Program-made: the position numbers and the translations under genes
Notes under the pieces: generated by a model
Told to the model about the DNA's origin: nothing
Databases searched by the model: none
What the model saw: the letters and a program-made list of their open reading frames with translations, nothing else
Shown: positions 7,067 to 19,793 of the stretch, piece after piece
Layout: every line of letters starts with the position of its first letter
Position numbering within the stretch: the first letter of the stretch is position 1
Source: an uncultured Acidobacteriota bacterium
GTDB lineage: Bacteria; Acidobacteriota; Thermoanaerobaculia; Multivoradales; UBA5704
Length of the DNA: 64,000 nucleotides
Assembly: GCA_963770895.1 (NCBI GenBank)
Contig: CAVYRF010000002.1
Span: 1,056,001 to 1,120,000 of the forward strand
Direction: 5' to 3'

Positions 7067-9370
7067 ATGGTAAGTGCACGTCCAGCAGCGTTGATTCTTG
7101 CCCTTGCCGGCGGTTTGATGCCCTGTGTCCAGCAGGCAACCGGACACGGCGCGGCTTGGGCGCAGCCGGTCAGCAATGCCCGGCTTGTGCCAAGCCCCAT
7201 GGCCTCGCCCGCGACGACTCAACCCGCGCAGACTGCCCAGATCGTCCGACCCGGCAGCCTCGGCGTCGCCGGGCGGGTGCTGAGCAACACCACGCCGCTT
7301 GCCGCGGTCGAGGTGTACGCCTACCAGCTGGCCAGCTTCTCGCTGCGCCGCGTCGAAACGGACGGCCAGGGCAACTTCCTGTTCCGCGACCTGCCGGCGG
7401 GCCTCTACAAGATCATCGCGCACAAGCAGGGCTTCGCGCCGGTGGTCATCCTGCTCACCCGCACCGCCGCCCAGGCCTACCAGTATCTCGATCTGCAGCT
7501 GCCGCAACGGCAGGGCGGCGCGGCATCGACCGCGGCGGCCCCGGCCAAGCCTGCCAGCCCCGCCGACAACTTCTGGGCCCTGCGCTCCAGCCTGCCGCCG
7601 GACGTGCTGCGCGACGTCGAAGTGGCGGCGCTGGCCGGCCCCACCGGCCCGATCGCCGTTCCGGACACCGGCGCGGGCCCTGCGGCTGCGGCCGGCGACG
7701 GCCCCGTCCCCGATGCGCCGCAGAGCGGCGACGGCGAAATCAAGGCAGCCAGGGCGCCGCTGCCGGGCGAAGGCGGCTACGCACCGGGCGACGGGCGCTC
7801 GATTCCAGCCGGCGAAAGCCTGGCCGGCCGCTTCCGCACCGAGATCCAGGCCATGACCGGCGTGGCAGACATCGCCCAGGTGGGCGCCGGCCAGGTTTCC
7901 ACCGGCAAGGTGGGCATCCAGGGGCAGCTCGGCGACGTGAAGGTCGGCCTTTCGGGCCGCTTCTGGCTGCTCAATTCGGACGGCTCCGCCGCCGGCGGGC
8001 TGCGCGGGATGCCCGAAGCGAGCGACGGCCAGACCAGCAACGTCTCGCTCAACCTGCAGGCGGGCGCCGGCAGCAGGATCACCCTGGATTCCGTCAGCGA
8101 CCGGTTGGTGCCGCGCAGCGGCCTTGGCAGCGGCGATCCAGTCGGCCTGGATCACTACCAGGTGAGCTGGAGCCAGGCGCTGGGTGAGAGCAGCCATTCC
8201 GACTTCGCCGCCCAGTACACCGCGGCCAACAACTACAACCGCCTGGCGGTCTTCGAGCCGGCGAGCATCCCCGACGCCTCCCGCACCTGGCGGGTCGAAG
8301 GGGCGTACAGCACCAACCTCGGCGACGACAGCTCGCTGCAGACGGGTTTCCGCTACAGCGACCTGCAGGCTGAATTCTCCACGCCGGTGGCCAGCCCCGG
8401 CGGCGGCATCTCCACCTTCAGCAACCTGTCGGCGCAAAGCACCTCGACGCTGTCAGGGCTGACCGGCGCCAACGGTGTCGCGGCGATGCCGCTGGTCCCC
8501 GACTACCAGACGGTGGACCTGTTCAGCCGCGGCACGATGCGCCTGCAAAGTGCGTTCACCGTCGAATACGGCCTGTACACCATGCTCCAGGACGGCAGCC
8601 TGTCGCTCACTCCGCAAGGCGGCTTGGTCCTGCAGCTGGGCGACGGCTGGCAGGTGAAGGGTTCCGCCAGCCAGCGGGTCTACCAGGAAACGGCGGTCGC
8701 TCCCGAATACCTGCCGGTGCTCTACAAGGCAACCGATCTTTGCGAAGACGGCGGCAAGGCCTGCTACGAGATCGACCTCACCAGCCATGCCGGCGAAGAC
8801 AACTCGATCTCCTTCAGCGCGCTGGAGCGCATCGTCGGCCAGACGCTGCAGCTCTATTTCAGCGACGTGGTGTTCGATCGCTTCGAGAACCTCTACCTGG
8901 TTCCCGGCGACCGCCTGCCCGAGCTGCGCCTGATGATGACCTATCGCCTGTCGCCCCACGTCAGGACCCAGCTCGAAACCAGCGTGGCAAGCGGCGGCGG
9001 CGGCACCTTCTTCGGCGCCGACGGGCGGGCCTACCGCAACCAGGTGAGCTACGTGGTCACCTCGCTCGACACCCACGTGCTGAGCACCGCGACCGGTGTG
9101 TTCCTGGCCTTCCGCCACGTGACCCAGGATCTGAGCACGCCCGGCGGCGCCTCGACTTCCGGCGTCCTGGGCCCGGGCGCCACCACGGTCGGCTTCGACC
9201 GCGTGCAGCTGATGATCTCGCAGGACATGAACTTCCTGTGGAAGCTGGCCGCCGAATGGGCGCTCCAGGTCAACATGGAGCTGGAGCGTGACAACGCACC
9301 GTACCTGGCCAGCACCGACTCAGGGCAGATTCACCGTCGCATCCTCGGCGGCATCGCCGTCAAATTCTGA
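7067..9370 (+). CDS. Exported protein with a carboxypeptidase-regulatory-like (beta-sandwich) domain and a probable outer-membrane beta-barrel
   Basis: Signal peptide; TDGQGNFLFRDLPAGLYKIIAHKQGF motif; amphipathic beta strands; C-terminal GGIAVKF beta-signal. Confidence 0.7.
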   Translation: MVSARPAALILALAGGLMPCVQQATGHGAAWAQPVSNARLVPSPMASPATTQPAQTAQIVRPGSLGVAGRVLSNTTPLAAVEVYAYQLASFSLRRVETDGQGNFLFRDLPAGLYKIIAHKQGFAPVVILLTRTAAQAYQYLDLQLPQRQGGAASTAAAPAKPASPADNFWALRSSLPPDVLRDVEVAALAGPTGPIAVPDTGAGPAAAAGDGPVPDAPQSGDGEIKAARAPLPGEGGYAPGDGRSIPAGESLAGRFRTEIQAMTGVADIAQVGAGQVSTGKVGIQGQLGDVKVGLSGRFWLLNSDGSAAGGLRGMPEASDGQTSNVSLNLQAGAGSRITLDSVSDRLVPRSGLGSGDPVGLDHYQVSWSQALGESSHSDFAAQYTAANNYNRLAVFEPASIPDASRTWRVEGAYSTNLGDDSSLQTGFRYSDLQAEFSTPVASPGGGISTFSNLSAQSTSTLSGLTGANGVAAMPLVPDYQTVDLFSRGTMRLQSAFTVEYGLYTMLQDGSLSLTPQGGLVLQLGDGWQVKGSASQRVYQETAVAPEYLPVLYKATDLCEDGGKACYEIDLTSHAGEDNSISFSALERIVGQTLQLYFSDVVFDRFENLYLVPGDRLPELRLMMTYRLSPHVRTQLETSVASGGGGTFFGADGRAYRNQVSYVVTSLDTHVLSTATGVFLAFRHVTQDLSTPGGASTSGVLGPGATTVGFDRVQLMISQDMNFLWKLAAEWALQVNMELERDNAPYLASTDSGQIHRRILGGIAVKF

Positions 9371-9628
9371 TTCCTCGCCTGGCACCCCGGCCCGCCGGAC
9401 ACCGCCAGTCCCGTGGCGGTGCGTGGCGCCGGCGGCCGGCCCGCGCGGCCACTCCGGTTTCCAACCAAGCTTTTGGATTCGGTCCCGACGCAGGCTTATC
9501 GATGCCGCCTGATCGAAAGGGAATGCGCTACCCCCAACTGCTTGAATCCACAAAAACGGATTCACTCCGATTTTCTGGATGGAAGACGCCAAATCGGCCT
9601 CAATCCATGGATTTGAAGCCTCTTCCAC

Positions 9629-9644
9629 TGGCACGGAAAGTGCT
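9629..9644 (+). promoter_or_regulatory. Sigma-54 (-24/-12) promoter of the two-component operon
   Basis: TGGCACGGAAAGTGCT: GG-N10-GC with TGGCAC consensus, 35 bp upstream of the start codon. Confidence 0.8.
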
Positions 9645-9679
9645 CTAACCAAAGCAAGATCTGCTCGCGCCAAGAAACG

Positions 9680-12600
9680 ATGCGGTTTCGCACCCTCCAA
9701 CTCTCGCTCTGCCTCCTGGTGGGCGTCAGCGCGGCGGTGCTGGGCGCCGTCAGCGTCCGCAGCAACATCGCCGCCTTTCAAACCGTCGGCTTCCGCGGTG
9801 ACCGTGCGGGCGGCATCGTCCGCGTCGCCCAGGTCCAGGATCCCAGCTCGGGGCTTGCCGCGGGCGATCAGATCCTGCTGATCAACGGCGTCGAAGTCGG
9901 CGCCCAGGCCCAGGCCTGGGAGCAGGCGCTGCGCCACCAGCCGGTCAGCGACCTGGCCGTGCTGCGCGGCGCCCAGGTGCTGCGCGTCACCTACCGGCGC
10001 CCGCCGTTTGCCCCCAACCTGCCGTACCTGATCCGGGTGTTGATCGGCAGCGTCTACATGCTGATCGGCCTCTACACCCTGATCCGGCAGCAGGGACATG
10101 ACAGCTTCCTGTTCTGCCTCTGGTGCCTCACCTCGGCCCTGCTCTACCTGCTGTCGCCGGTGCCGCCGGCGGACACCGAGTATCGCCTGCTGTATGCCGG
10201 CAACCAGCTGGCGCGCTGCCTGCTGCCGGCGCTCACCCTGCACCTGTTCCGGATCTTCCCGTCGCCGGCGCCGGCAAGCGCCGCCGAAGGACGCGCGGAC
10301 AGACCCGCCGCCGGCGACGCCGCGGCGCCGGCGAACGCGGCGGCCGGAGCCCCCTGGGCGGCCGGGGCGACCGCAGCCACCAGAGCCGGAGCGCCCTGGG
10401 TCGCCTTCCTGTACCTGCCGGGCGCGGCGCTGCTGGCGCTGCACCTCGACCTGATGTTCGCCAACGGCCGCCTGCTGACCGGCCGCCCCACCGCCGCGCT
10501 GCTGGCGTCCCTGGACCGCCTCGACCTGCTGCACCTGATCTCCTTCAGCCTGGCGGCGGTCTTCGTGCTGGCGATCCGCCTGCTGCGCGAGACAGGGTGG
10601 GAGCGGCGCCGCCAGCTGCACTGGATGATCCTCGGCCTGGCGGGCGGCTACCTGCCGTTCCTGGGTCTGTACGCCGTGCCGTTCGGCCTGGGGTTGCGAG
10701 TGCCCCAGCTGCTGGCCGCCGCCGCCGTGCTGCCGCTGGCGGTGGTGCCGCTCACCTTCGCCTATGCCATCCTGCGCTACAAGCTCTGGGACATCGAAGT
10801 CATCGCGCGCGACGTGGCGGCCTGGACGCTCACCCTGCTGCTGGGCGTGCTCGGCTTCTCGCTGGTCAACCTGGCGATCAGCCGCGGCGTGGCGGCCGAC
10901 AACGCCCTGGGCCGCAACCTGCTCTCGTTCGCCGCCGGCATCGGCCTGGCGGGGCTGCTGGTGCCGACCCGCCAGAGCCTGTCCGCCGCCCTGGAGCGGC
11001 TGCAGTACCGCGGCACGTTCGGCAGGCGCCGCGCCCTGCTCGGCCTGGGCCGCGACCTGCTGCACGAGCGCGACCTGGGCCGCCTGTGCGGCGCGCTGCT
11101 GGATCGCCTCTCCGCCGGTCTCGACCTTGACCGGCTGGCCATCTACCTGGCGCAGGGCGACGCGCTGGTGGTGATCGACGCCATCTCGCCCCCCGATGCC
11201 GCGGAGCTGGCGCAGGCCATGCCCTTCGAGCACGAGCCGTCGCGGGGCGACGCCCACGACCCGGCCGCCGGCAGCTCGCAGGACCATGCAGTGGCGGCGC
11301 TCCAGCACCTGGGCGGTCGCGACCGCGGCCACCGCCCCCGCGCCAGGCGCTCGGCAGGGCGCCGCTCGTGGGCCGCCGCGGCGCCGCCCGTGGTGGCGGC
11401 GCAGGCGCTGGATCCCGCGGTATGGCGCGACAGCGAGGTGTACCGCCTGGCGGGCACGGAGCTGCCCGCCGGCGCCCCATCGCCGGCACAGCAGCTGTTC
11501 ATCGCCGGATACCGCTACGTCTTCCCGCTGCTGGTGCGCGGCCGCGGCATCGGGCTGGTGCTGACCGGCAGCAAGCGCCAGCAGGAGCCGCTCAACAGCG
11601 ACGACCTCGACATCGTGCGCCACCTGCTCGACCAGGCGGCGCTGGCGATCGAAAACGCCCAGCTGGTCGGCCAGCTGCACCACCAGTTGCAAGAGGTGCA
11701 GCGGCTGCAGAGCTACAGCGACGGCATCTTCGAGTCGTCCCCTGCCGGCATCGCCGTGCTCGACACCGGCGGCCGCCTGGTGACGGTGAACCCGGCCTTC
11801 TCCACCCTGGTCGCGATCGGGCGTGACCAGCTGATCGGCCGCACCCTGCAGTCGGTGCTGCCGGTCACGGCGCTCCCGGCGGCAGGCGAGGGGCCCATCG
11901 AAGTCAGCTGCCCGAGCCTGGGCGGCGAGGTCTGCGGCGCGCCGCGGCGCGATCTTGCCGATCTTGCCGATCGCCTGGCGGATGAGCCCGATCCCGCCGC
12001 CGCGCCGGGCGAGCGCCGCCTGCAGATGTCGCTCGCCGGCCTGGCTCCCGGCCACAGCCCGGACCGCGAGCCGCTGCGCATCCTGGTGGTCTACGACGTC
12101 TCCGAGCGCGTGGCGATGGAGGCGGCGCTCAAAGAGAAGGACCGCCTGGCCGCCTTGGGCATGCTGGCCGCCGGCGTGGCGCACGAGGTGAACACTCCCA
12201 TCACCGGCATCTCCAGCTACGCCCAGCTGCTGCTGGCCGATACCGCCGAAAGCGACCCGCGCTATCCGATCCTCAAGAAGGTCGAGCGCCAGACCTTCCG
12301 CGCCGCGCGCATCCTCAACAATCTGCTCGAGTTCGCTCGCGAGCGCCCGCGCGAGCGGCGGGCGGTCGCTCTGCTGCCGCTGCTGCGCGAATCGATCGAG
12401 CTTCTGGGCGAGCGCCTGGATCGCAGCGGCATCGACCTTGCCTGGGAGGTGCCGCCCGCAGGCGACGCCATCCAGGTGCTGGGCAGCGAAGACGAGCTGC
12501 AGCAGGTCTTCACCAACCTGCTCGCCAACGCGCTGGATGCCATGTCCAACCAGCCGCGCGGCCGCCTCGGCATCGGCATGGTCGCTGAGGACGCGCGCGT

Positions 12601-12828
12601 CGTCGTGCGCATCCAGGACACCGGCAGCGGCATCGCGCCGGAGCAGCTGAAGACGGTGTTCCAACCGTTCTATTCCACCAAGCTCCACCGCGGCGGCACC
12701 GGCCTGGGGCTCACCATCAGCCACGACATCGTGCAGCGCCACGGCGGTACACTTGCGGTCGAAAGCCAGCCAGGAGCCGGCACCTGTTTTGCCGTCGGGC
12801 TGCCACGCTACCGGGCGGCTGCATCTCA

Positions 12829-12832
<4 letters not shown>
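9680..12832 (+). CDS. Membrane sensor histidine kinase (PDZ-like, multi-TM, GAF, PAS, HisKA, HATPase)
   Basis: H-box AAGVAHEVNTP; N-box QVFTNLLANALDA; DTGSGI; FQPFYSTK; GTGLGL; GAF end QAALAIENA. Confidence 0.93.
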
Positions 12833-14211
<1,379 letters not shown>

Positions 14212-14296
14212 GCGCGCCCGCGCCCGCCCGGGCGGCGCTCCTGCCCCGGATCGCTCACCGACCTTTGTCTACCTTGCCATGTGGGAGAGGGTTGTC

Positions 14297-16957
14297 ATGC
14301 GTCGCAAGCTCAAGCTCACGCAGCTTTTGATCTGGACGACGGTCGCCGCGGCGCTCGCCGCCGCGGGCGCCACGGCAAGTCAGGTGCCGGCAGGTCTGCT
14401 GGCGCCGCTGTCCAACGGCGAGGTCCTGGACCTGCCGGCGATCGACGACCGCGTGCCGCGGCCCGACCAGTTCCTGGGCTATCCGATCGGCAGCCGCTTC
14501 ACCCATTGGGAGCGCATCAGCGCCTATTTCGACGCGCTGGCCGCCGCCTCGCCGCGGGTCAAGGTATGGGAGTACGGCCGCACCTACGAAGGGCGGCCGC
14601 TCAAGCTGGCGGCCATCGGCAGCCCCGAAAACCTGGCGCGGCTTGACGACATCCGCCGCCAGCGGCAGCGCCTCGCCGAACCGCAGGGGCTTGCCGGCGG
14701 CGAGCGCAGCCATCTCGCGGAGCATCTGCCGGCGGTGGTATGGCTGGCCTACGGGGTGCACGGCGACGAAGCCTCGTCGTCCGAAGCGGCGATGGTCGCC
14801 GCCTGGGCCCTTGCCGCCGGCCAGGGGGAAGCGGCGGACATGCTCGCCGGCACCATCGTCCTGATCGATCCGCTGTGCAACCCCGACGGCCGCGAGCGCT
14901 ACGTCCACGGCTTCGAGCAGCGCGAAGGAGCCGTCCCCAATCCGCGCCGCGACGCCGCCGAGCACTTCCAGCCCTGGCCCGGCGGCCGCCCCAACCACTA
15001 CCTGATCGACCTCAATCGCGACTGGGCCTGGGCGACGCAGCAGGAGACCCGCAGCCGCATCGCCGCCTACCGCGCCTGGGAACCGCAGGTCTACGTCGAT
15101 TTTCACGAGATGGCGACCGACGCCAGCTACTTCTTCCCGCCCCCCGCCGAGCCGGTGCACCCGCTCATCGATCGCCGGGTGCTGGCGTGGCTGGACGTCT
15201 TCGGGCGCGCCAACGCCGCGGCCTTCGACCGCCAGGGGTGGGTCTACTACAAGCAGGAGGAATACGACCTCTTCTATCCCGGCTACGGCGATTCCTATCC
15301 CAGCCTGCACGGCGCCGTCGGCATGACCTACGAGATGGCCGGCGGCGGCCGCGGCGGCCTGGCGGTCGACCGCCAGGACGGCACCGAGCTGACGCTCGCC
15401 GATCGCGTCGCGCGCCACCTGACCACCTCGCTCGCCACGGTCAGGACCGCCAGCCGCAACGCCCGCAAGCTGATGCAGGACTTCGTGGCCACGCGGGTGC
15501 AGGCGGAGGAGGGGCCGGGCCAGGTCTACCTGTGGCTCGCCAATCAGCCCGAGGCGCGAGCGCTGGCCGACCTGCTGGCGCTGCACGGGGTGCGCGTCGG
15601 CGAGCTGGCGCAGTCCACCGAGCTGGCCGTCCAGCCGGTCTTCGGACCCCACGCCGCCGGGCAGCGGCGCTTCCCGGCCGGCACCTTCGCGGTGTCCACC
15701 GCGCAGCCGCTGGGCGCCCTGGTACAGGCCCTGCTGGCGCGCGAGGCGCCGATGTCGGACACCTTCCTGGCGCGCCAGCGCCAGCGCTTCGAGCAGAACC
15801 GCGACACCGAGTTCTACGACATCACCGCCTGGGCGCTGCCGCTCGCCTACAACGTGCAGGTGTGGAGCGCCGGCGGCGACGCGCTGCCGCCGACCCGGCC
15901 GCCGGGTGACGCGACCGCAGCCAGCATCGCCGGCAGCGGCGAGCTGGGCTGGCTGGTGCCGCCGCAAGGCCTGGCCTCCTACCGCCTGGCCGCCGAGCTG
16001 CAGCAGCGCCACATCCACCACCGGCTGGCGCTCTACCCGCTGGCGGACGGCGGCGAGGAGTATCCGGCAGGCACGCTCTTCATCCCGCGCGGCGGCAACC
16101 CGGCCGACACCGCCGACAGGCTGGGCGGACTGCTGGCCGCAAGCGGCGCCGGCGCCCGCGCCATCGCGTCGTCGTTCCAGGTGAGCGGCCTGTCGCTCGG
16201 GTCGAACGGCATGCCGTCGGTGCGGCCCGCTCGCGTCGGCGTGCTCTCCGGGCCGGGAGTGGATTCCACCTCCTTCGGCTTTGTCTGGTTCCTGCTGGAC
16301 CGCGAAGTGGGCCTGCCCTGCGACCGCCTGGACGTCGACCACCTGCGGCCGGCGGCGCTGGCCGACCTGGACGTCCTGGTGCTGCCCGACGGGGCGTACG
16401 AAGAGCACCTGGGCGAGCGGGCGCGCGGCGCGCTCGACGCCTGGATCAAGGCCGGCGGCGAGCTGGTCGCCATCGGCGGCCAGACCGAGCGCTGGCTGCA
16501 CGATCACGACATGGTGTCGTTCAAGCCGTGGAAGGCGCCGGCCGCGGACGAAGAGAGCGAAGGCAGCCACGACAAGGCGCTGGGCGAGCGCGACATCAAC
16601 ACCCCCGGCGCCGTGCTCGCCACCCGCCTGGCCGCCCTGCACCCGCTGGCCGCCGGCGTCCCCTCGGCGCCGCCGATGCTGGTCAAGGGCGCCGCCGTCG
16701 TCCTCGCCTCGGGCGACCCGCGCCGCGACGTGCTGGTCGTCTCGCCACAGGAACCGGTCCTGGCCGGCTTTGCCTGGCCCGAAGCCAGGCAGCGCCTGGC
16801 CGGGTCGCTGCTGGTCGGCGTCGAGCAACGCGGCAGCGGCAGCGTCGTGCTGTTCCTGCAGGAGCCGGCGTTTCGCATGTTCTGGCGCGGCACCATGCCG
16901 CTGCTGCTCAACGCCGTGATGTACGGACCGTCGATCAGCTGGAGCGGCAGAAACTGA
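14297..16957 (+). CDS. Secreted M14-family zinc carboxypeptidase with a C-terminal class I GATase-like domain
   Basis: HGDE, NPDGRER, DLNRDW and DFHEM zinc/substrate motifs; signal peptide; ATG 14279 is an alternative start. Confidence 0.9.
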   Translation: MRRKLKLTQLLIWTTVAAALAAAGATASQVPAGLLAPLSNGEVLDLPAIDDRVPRPDQFLGYPIGSRFTHWERISAYFDALAAASPRVKVWEYGRTYEGRPLKLAAIGSPENLARLDDIRRQRQRLAEPQGLAGGERSHLAEHLPAVVWLAYGVHGDEASSSEAAMVAAWALAAGQGEAADMLAGTIVLIDPLCNPDGRERYVHGFEQREGAVPNPRRDAAEHFQPWPGGRPNHYLIDLNRDWAWATQQETRSRIAAYRAWEPQVYVDFHEMATDASYFFPPPAEPVHPLIDRRVLAWLDVFGRANAAAFDRQGWVYYKQEEYDLFYPGYGDSYPSLHGAVGMTYEMAGGGRGGLAVDRQDGTELTLADRVARHLTTSLATVRTASRNARKLMQDFVATRVQAEEGPGQVYLWLANQPEARALADLLALHGVRVGELAQSTELAVQPVFGPHAAGQRRFPAGTFAVSTAQPLGALVQALLAREAPMSDTFLARQRQRFEQNRDTEFYDITAWALPLAYNVQVWSAGGDALPPTRPPGDATAASIAGSGELGWLVPPQGLASYRLAAELQQRHIHHRLALYPLADGGEEYPAGTLFIPRGGNPADTADRLGGLLAASGAGARAIASSFQVSGLSLGSNGMPSVRPARVGVLSGPGVDSTSFGFVWFLLDREVGLPCDRLDVDHLRPAALADLDVLVLPDGAYEEHLGERARGALDAWIKAGGELVAIGGQTERWLHDHDMVSFKPWKAPAADEESEGSHDKALGERDINTPGAVLATRLAALHPLAAGVPSAPPMLVKGAAVVLASGDPRRDVLVVSPQEPVLAGFAWPEARQRLAGSLLVGVEQRGSGSVVLFLQEPAFRMFWRGTMPLLLNAVMYGPSISWSGRN

Positions 16958-16985
16958 GGAGACGCACCGCCCCGAGCGCCGGCGA

Positions 16986-18077
16986 TCAGCCGGCGCGGCG
17001 CTCGGCCAGCGCCAGCAGACGCAGGAAGTTTTCGCCCAGGATGAGGCGCACGCCGCCGCGGTCGACGCCGCGGGCCAGAAGCTCCGCGGTCAGGTCGGGA
17101 AAGCGCGCCACGTCGGCAAACCCGTCCAGGGTTTCGGGAATGCCGTCGAAGTCGGTGCCGATGCCGACGTGCTCCTCGCCGGCGCGGTCCACCAGGTGGA
17201 TCACGTGGTCGACAAACGCGGCGAGCGGCACGCGCGGCAGCGGATGGTCGGCGAACAGCCGGTTGCGCTCGCGCTGGCAGGACTGCGGATCGCTCTGGTA
17301 CGCCTCCTCGATCTCCGCCAGCGGCGGTCCCAGCTCGCGCATGCGCTCCGCATCGGCCAGCGCCGCCGCCGGCGCGACGAAGCCGGGGTAGGTGTTGGCC
17401 ATCACCAGACCGTCGCGGCGGGCGATCTCGCGGATGAGCTCGTCCGGCAGGTTGCGCGGGTGGTCGCACAGCGCGCGGGCCGAGCTGTGGCTGGCCAGCG
17501 GCGGCGTCGGCGCCACCTCCAGCACGTGGCGCACCGCGTCGTCCGACACGTGCGACACGTCCGCCAGAATGCCGCGGCGGTTCATCTCGCGCACCAGCCG
17601 CACGCCCTCCGCCGACAGTCCGCCGTGGGCAGCCTGGTCGGTCGAAGCGTCGCACCATTCGTGCGTCTTGAAGTGGGTCAGGGTGACGTAGCGGGCACCC
17701 ATCGCGGCGATGCCGTCCAAGGCCCCCGCGACCGACAGCGGGCGGCCGTTTTCGAGCCCGAGGAGAACCGCCACGGCGCCGCGCCCGGCCGTCCGCCGCA
17801 GCTCCTCGACGCTGCGTACCAGGGTCATCTGGCCGTCGGGCAGCGCGGCGCGGGTCAGCCGTTCCAGCGTCTGGACGTGCTCCCAGCCGGCCGCCGGATC
17901 GAGCCCCGCCGGCACGTAGAGCGCCGCCACCAACGCGTCCACGCCGCCCTCGCGCAGGCGCGGCAGGTCGATGTGCCGATCGGTCAGGCGCTGGCTCAGG
18001 TCGGCAGGCGCCTCCCACAACCGGGTGGGCAGATCGGTGTGCCCGTCGAGCACCAGGCAATCTTCGTGGAATCCCAT
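16986..18077 (-). CDS. Membrane dipeptidase family (M19)
   Basis: DGHTD, LGLENG, TLTH, DVSH, ASHS and GIGTDFDG motifs. Confidence 0.93.
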   Translation of the reverse strand: MGFHEDCLVLDGHTDLPTRLWEAPADLSQRLTDRHIDLPRLREGGVDALVAALYVPAGLDPAAGWEHVQTLERLTRAALPDGQMTLVRSVEELRRTAGRGAVAVLLGLENGRPLSVAGALDGIAAMGARYVTLTHFKTHEWCDASTDQAAHGGLSAEGVRLVREMNRRGILADVSHVSDDAVRHVLEVAPTPPLASHSSARALCDHPRNLPDELIREIARRDGLVMANTYPGFVAPAAALADAERMRELGPPLAEIEEAYQSDPQSCQRERNRLFADHPLPRVPLAAFVDHVIHLVDRAGEEHVGIGTDFDGIPETLDGFADVARFPDLTAELLARGVDRGGVRLILGENFLRLLALAERRAG

Positions 18078-18225
18078 GGGTCCGGATCATAGCCGCAGGC
18101 AGGCAGGCGGCGCCCGGCGGGCAGGGGGCAGGGGCAGGGGGGATGGAACAGGGGGAGGGAATTTCGCTGCCGCCCACAGGCTTATGGTGCGGTGGCAGCG
18201 CCCGGAGAGGGCCCGCAACCGGGGG

Positions 18226-18254
18226 TTGCCTCGGAAGCCGGCGTCCAGTAGACT
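18226..18254 (+). promoter_or_regulatory. Sigma-70 promoter of the rpmE operon
   Basis: TTGCCT-N17-TAGACT. Confidence 0.65.
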
Positions 18255-18321
18255 GCCGCGTTCCCGGGTTCGGCGTGCCACGCCCCTCTGCCGGGCTCGC
18301 GAGCAAGAAAGAGAGCCAATC

Positions 18322-18531
18322 GTGAAGAAAGACATCCATCCTCATCTCAACCTGGTGACCGTGGTCTGCGCGTGCGGCAACACCTTCGAGACGCATTCGA
18401 CCAAGGACGAACTGCGGCTTGAGATCTGCAGCGCCTGCCACCCCTTCTTCACCGGCAAGCAGAAGCTGGTGGACTCGGCCGGCCGCGTCGAGCGCTTCCA
18501 GCGCCGCTACGGCAAGTCCGCCTCCGCCTGA
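18322..18531 (+). CDS. rpmE: 50S ribosomal protein L31 (zinc-binding, C+ type)
   Basis: MKKDIHP...CACGN...[26 protein letters not shown]. Confidence 0.97.
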   Translation: MKKDIHPHLNLVTVVCACGNTFETHSTKDELRLEICSACHPFFTGKQKLVDSAGRVERFQRRYGKSASA

Positions 18532-18632
18532 CCGATCGGCACCCGGCGCCGGCGCCCGTCGCGGCGCGCGCGCCGGGGCCGTCGCACACAACGCGGCCGG
18601 CGCTGCGGCGCGGCCCGCCCCGAGGTTCTCCA

Positions 18633-19793
18633 ATGTCCAGTCCCGCAACCTCCACTCCGGACAGCGAGCTACTGGTCGGCGGCCAGGCCCTGATCGAAGG
18701 CGTCATGATGCGCTCGCCGGGTGCCTACGGCATCGCCGTGCGCCGGCCCGACGGTTCGATCGTGCTGCGACGCGCCAAGGTCGACTCGCTCGCCCGGCGC
18801 TATCCGTTCCTCAAGCTGCCGTTGCTGCGCGGCATCGCCGTCCTCTTCCAGTCGCTCGCCATCGGCATCCGCGCCCTCAACTTCTCGGCGGAGCAGGCGA
18901 TCGCCGCGGCCGAAGCGGACGCCTCTCCAGATAGCTCGGCGACGCCGTCGCAGCCGGCCGTAGCATCCACGGCGCCGGCGCCCGACGCCACCGCGGCCGT
19001 GGCCGTGGCCGCGGCCGGGGCGGCTGGATCCGCCGCCGACAAGCCGGCGGGCAAAGCGGCCCCAAAGGACGCCTCGGGCTGGGCCATCGCCGGGTCCATG
19101 GCGGTCGGCGTGGGGCTGGGGGCGGTGGTATTTCTGCTGCTGCCGCTGTGGCTCACCCAGCTGTCGGAGCGGCACCTGTTCGGACCGCTTTCCAGCCTGA
19201 GCTTCAACCTGGTGGACGGCGGCTTGCGGGCGGTGTTCTTCCTGGGCTACCTGTTCGCCATCTCACGGTTCCGCGACATCCACCGGGTGTTCATGTACCA
19301 CGGCGCCGAACACAAGGTGGTCTTCAACTACGAAAAGCGCCTGCCGCTCACGGTCGCCAACTCGCGGGCGCAGAGCCGGCTGCACCCGCGGTGCGGCACC
19401 AGCTTCCTGCTGTTCGTGCTGCTGGTGTCGATCCTGGTCTTCGCCCTGATTCCCAAGACGGCGCCGTTCCTGGTCAAGTTCGGTGGCCGCTTGCTGCTGG
19501 TGCCGGCGATCGCCGGGCTGTCCTACGAAGTGCTGCGGCTGACCGCCCGCCGCCGCGCCGCGCCACTGTTCGCGGCGATGGTGTTCCCCGGCCTCATGCT
19601 GCAGAAGATCACCACCCAGGAGCCCACCGACGACATGCTGGAAGTCGCGATCGCGGCGCTGGAGGAAGCCCTGCGCGAAGACGGCCTGCTGCCTGAAGCG
19701 GCGCCGGCCACCGCGGCGGCGCTGCGCGAACCGGTGGTCGCGGCGGCGGCGCTGTCGGCCGCGGTCGGCAGCATGGGGGGCGCCGGGCGATGA
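18633..19793 (+). CDS. DUF1385 (YqhQ-like) membrane protein
   Basis: [26 protein letters not shown]; the usual rpmE-DUF1385-prfA-prmC neighbourhood. Confidence 0.93.
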   Translation: MSSPATSTPDSELLVGGQALIEGVMMRSPGAYGIAVRRPDGSIVLRRAKVDSLARRYPFLKLPLLRGIAVLFQSLAIGIRALNFSAEQAIAAAEADASPDSSATPSQPAVASTAPAPDATAAVAVAAAGAAGSAADKPAGKAAPKDASGWAIAGSMAVGVGLGAVVFLLLPLWLTQLSERHLFGPLSSLSFNLVDGGLRAVFFLGYLFAISRFRDIHRVFMYHGAEHKVVFNYEKRLPLTVANSRAQSRLHPRCGTSFLLFVLLVSILVFALIPKTAPFLVKFGGRLLLVPAIAGLSYEVLRLTARRRAAPLFAAMVFPGLMLQKITTQEPTDDMLEVAIAALEEALREDGLLPEAAPATAAALREPVVAAAALSAAVGSMGGAGR

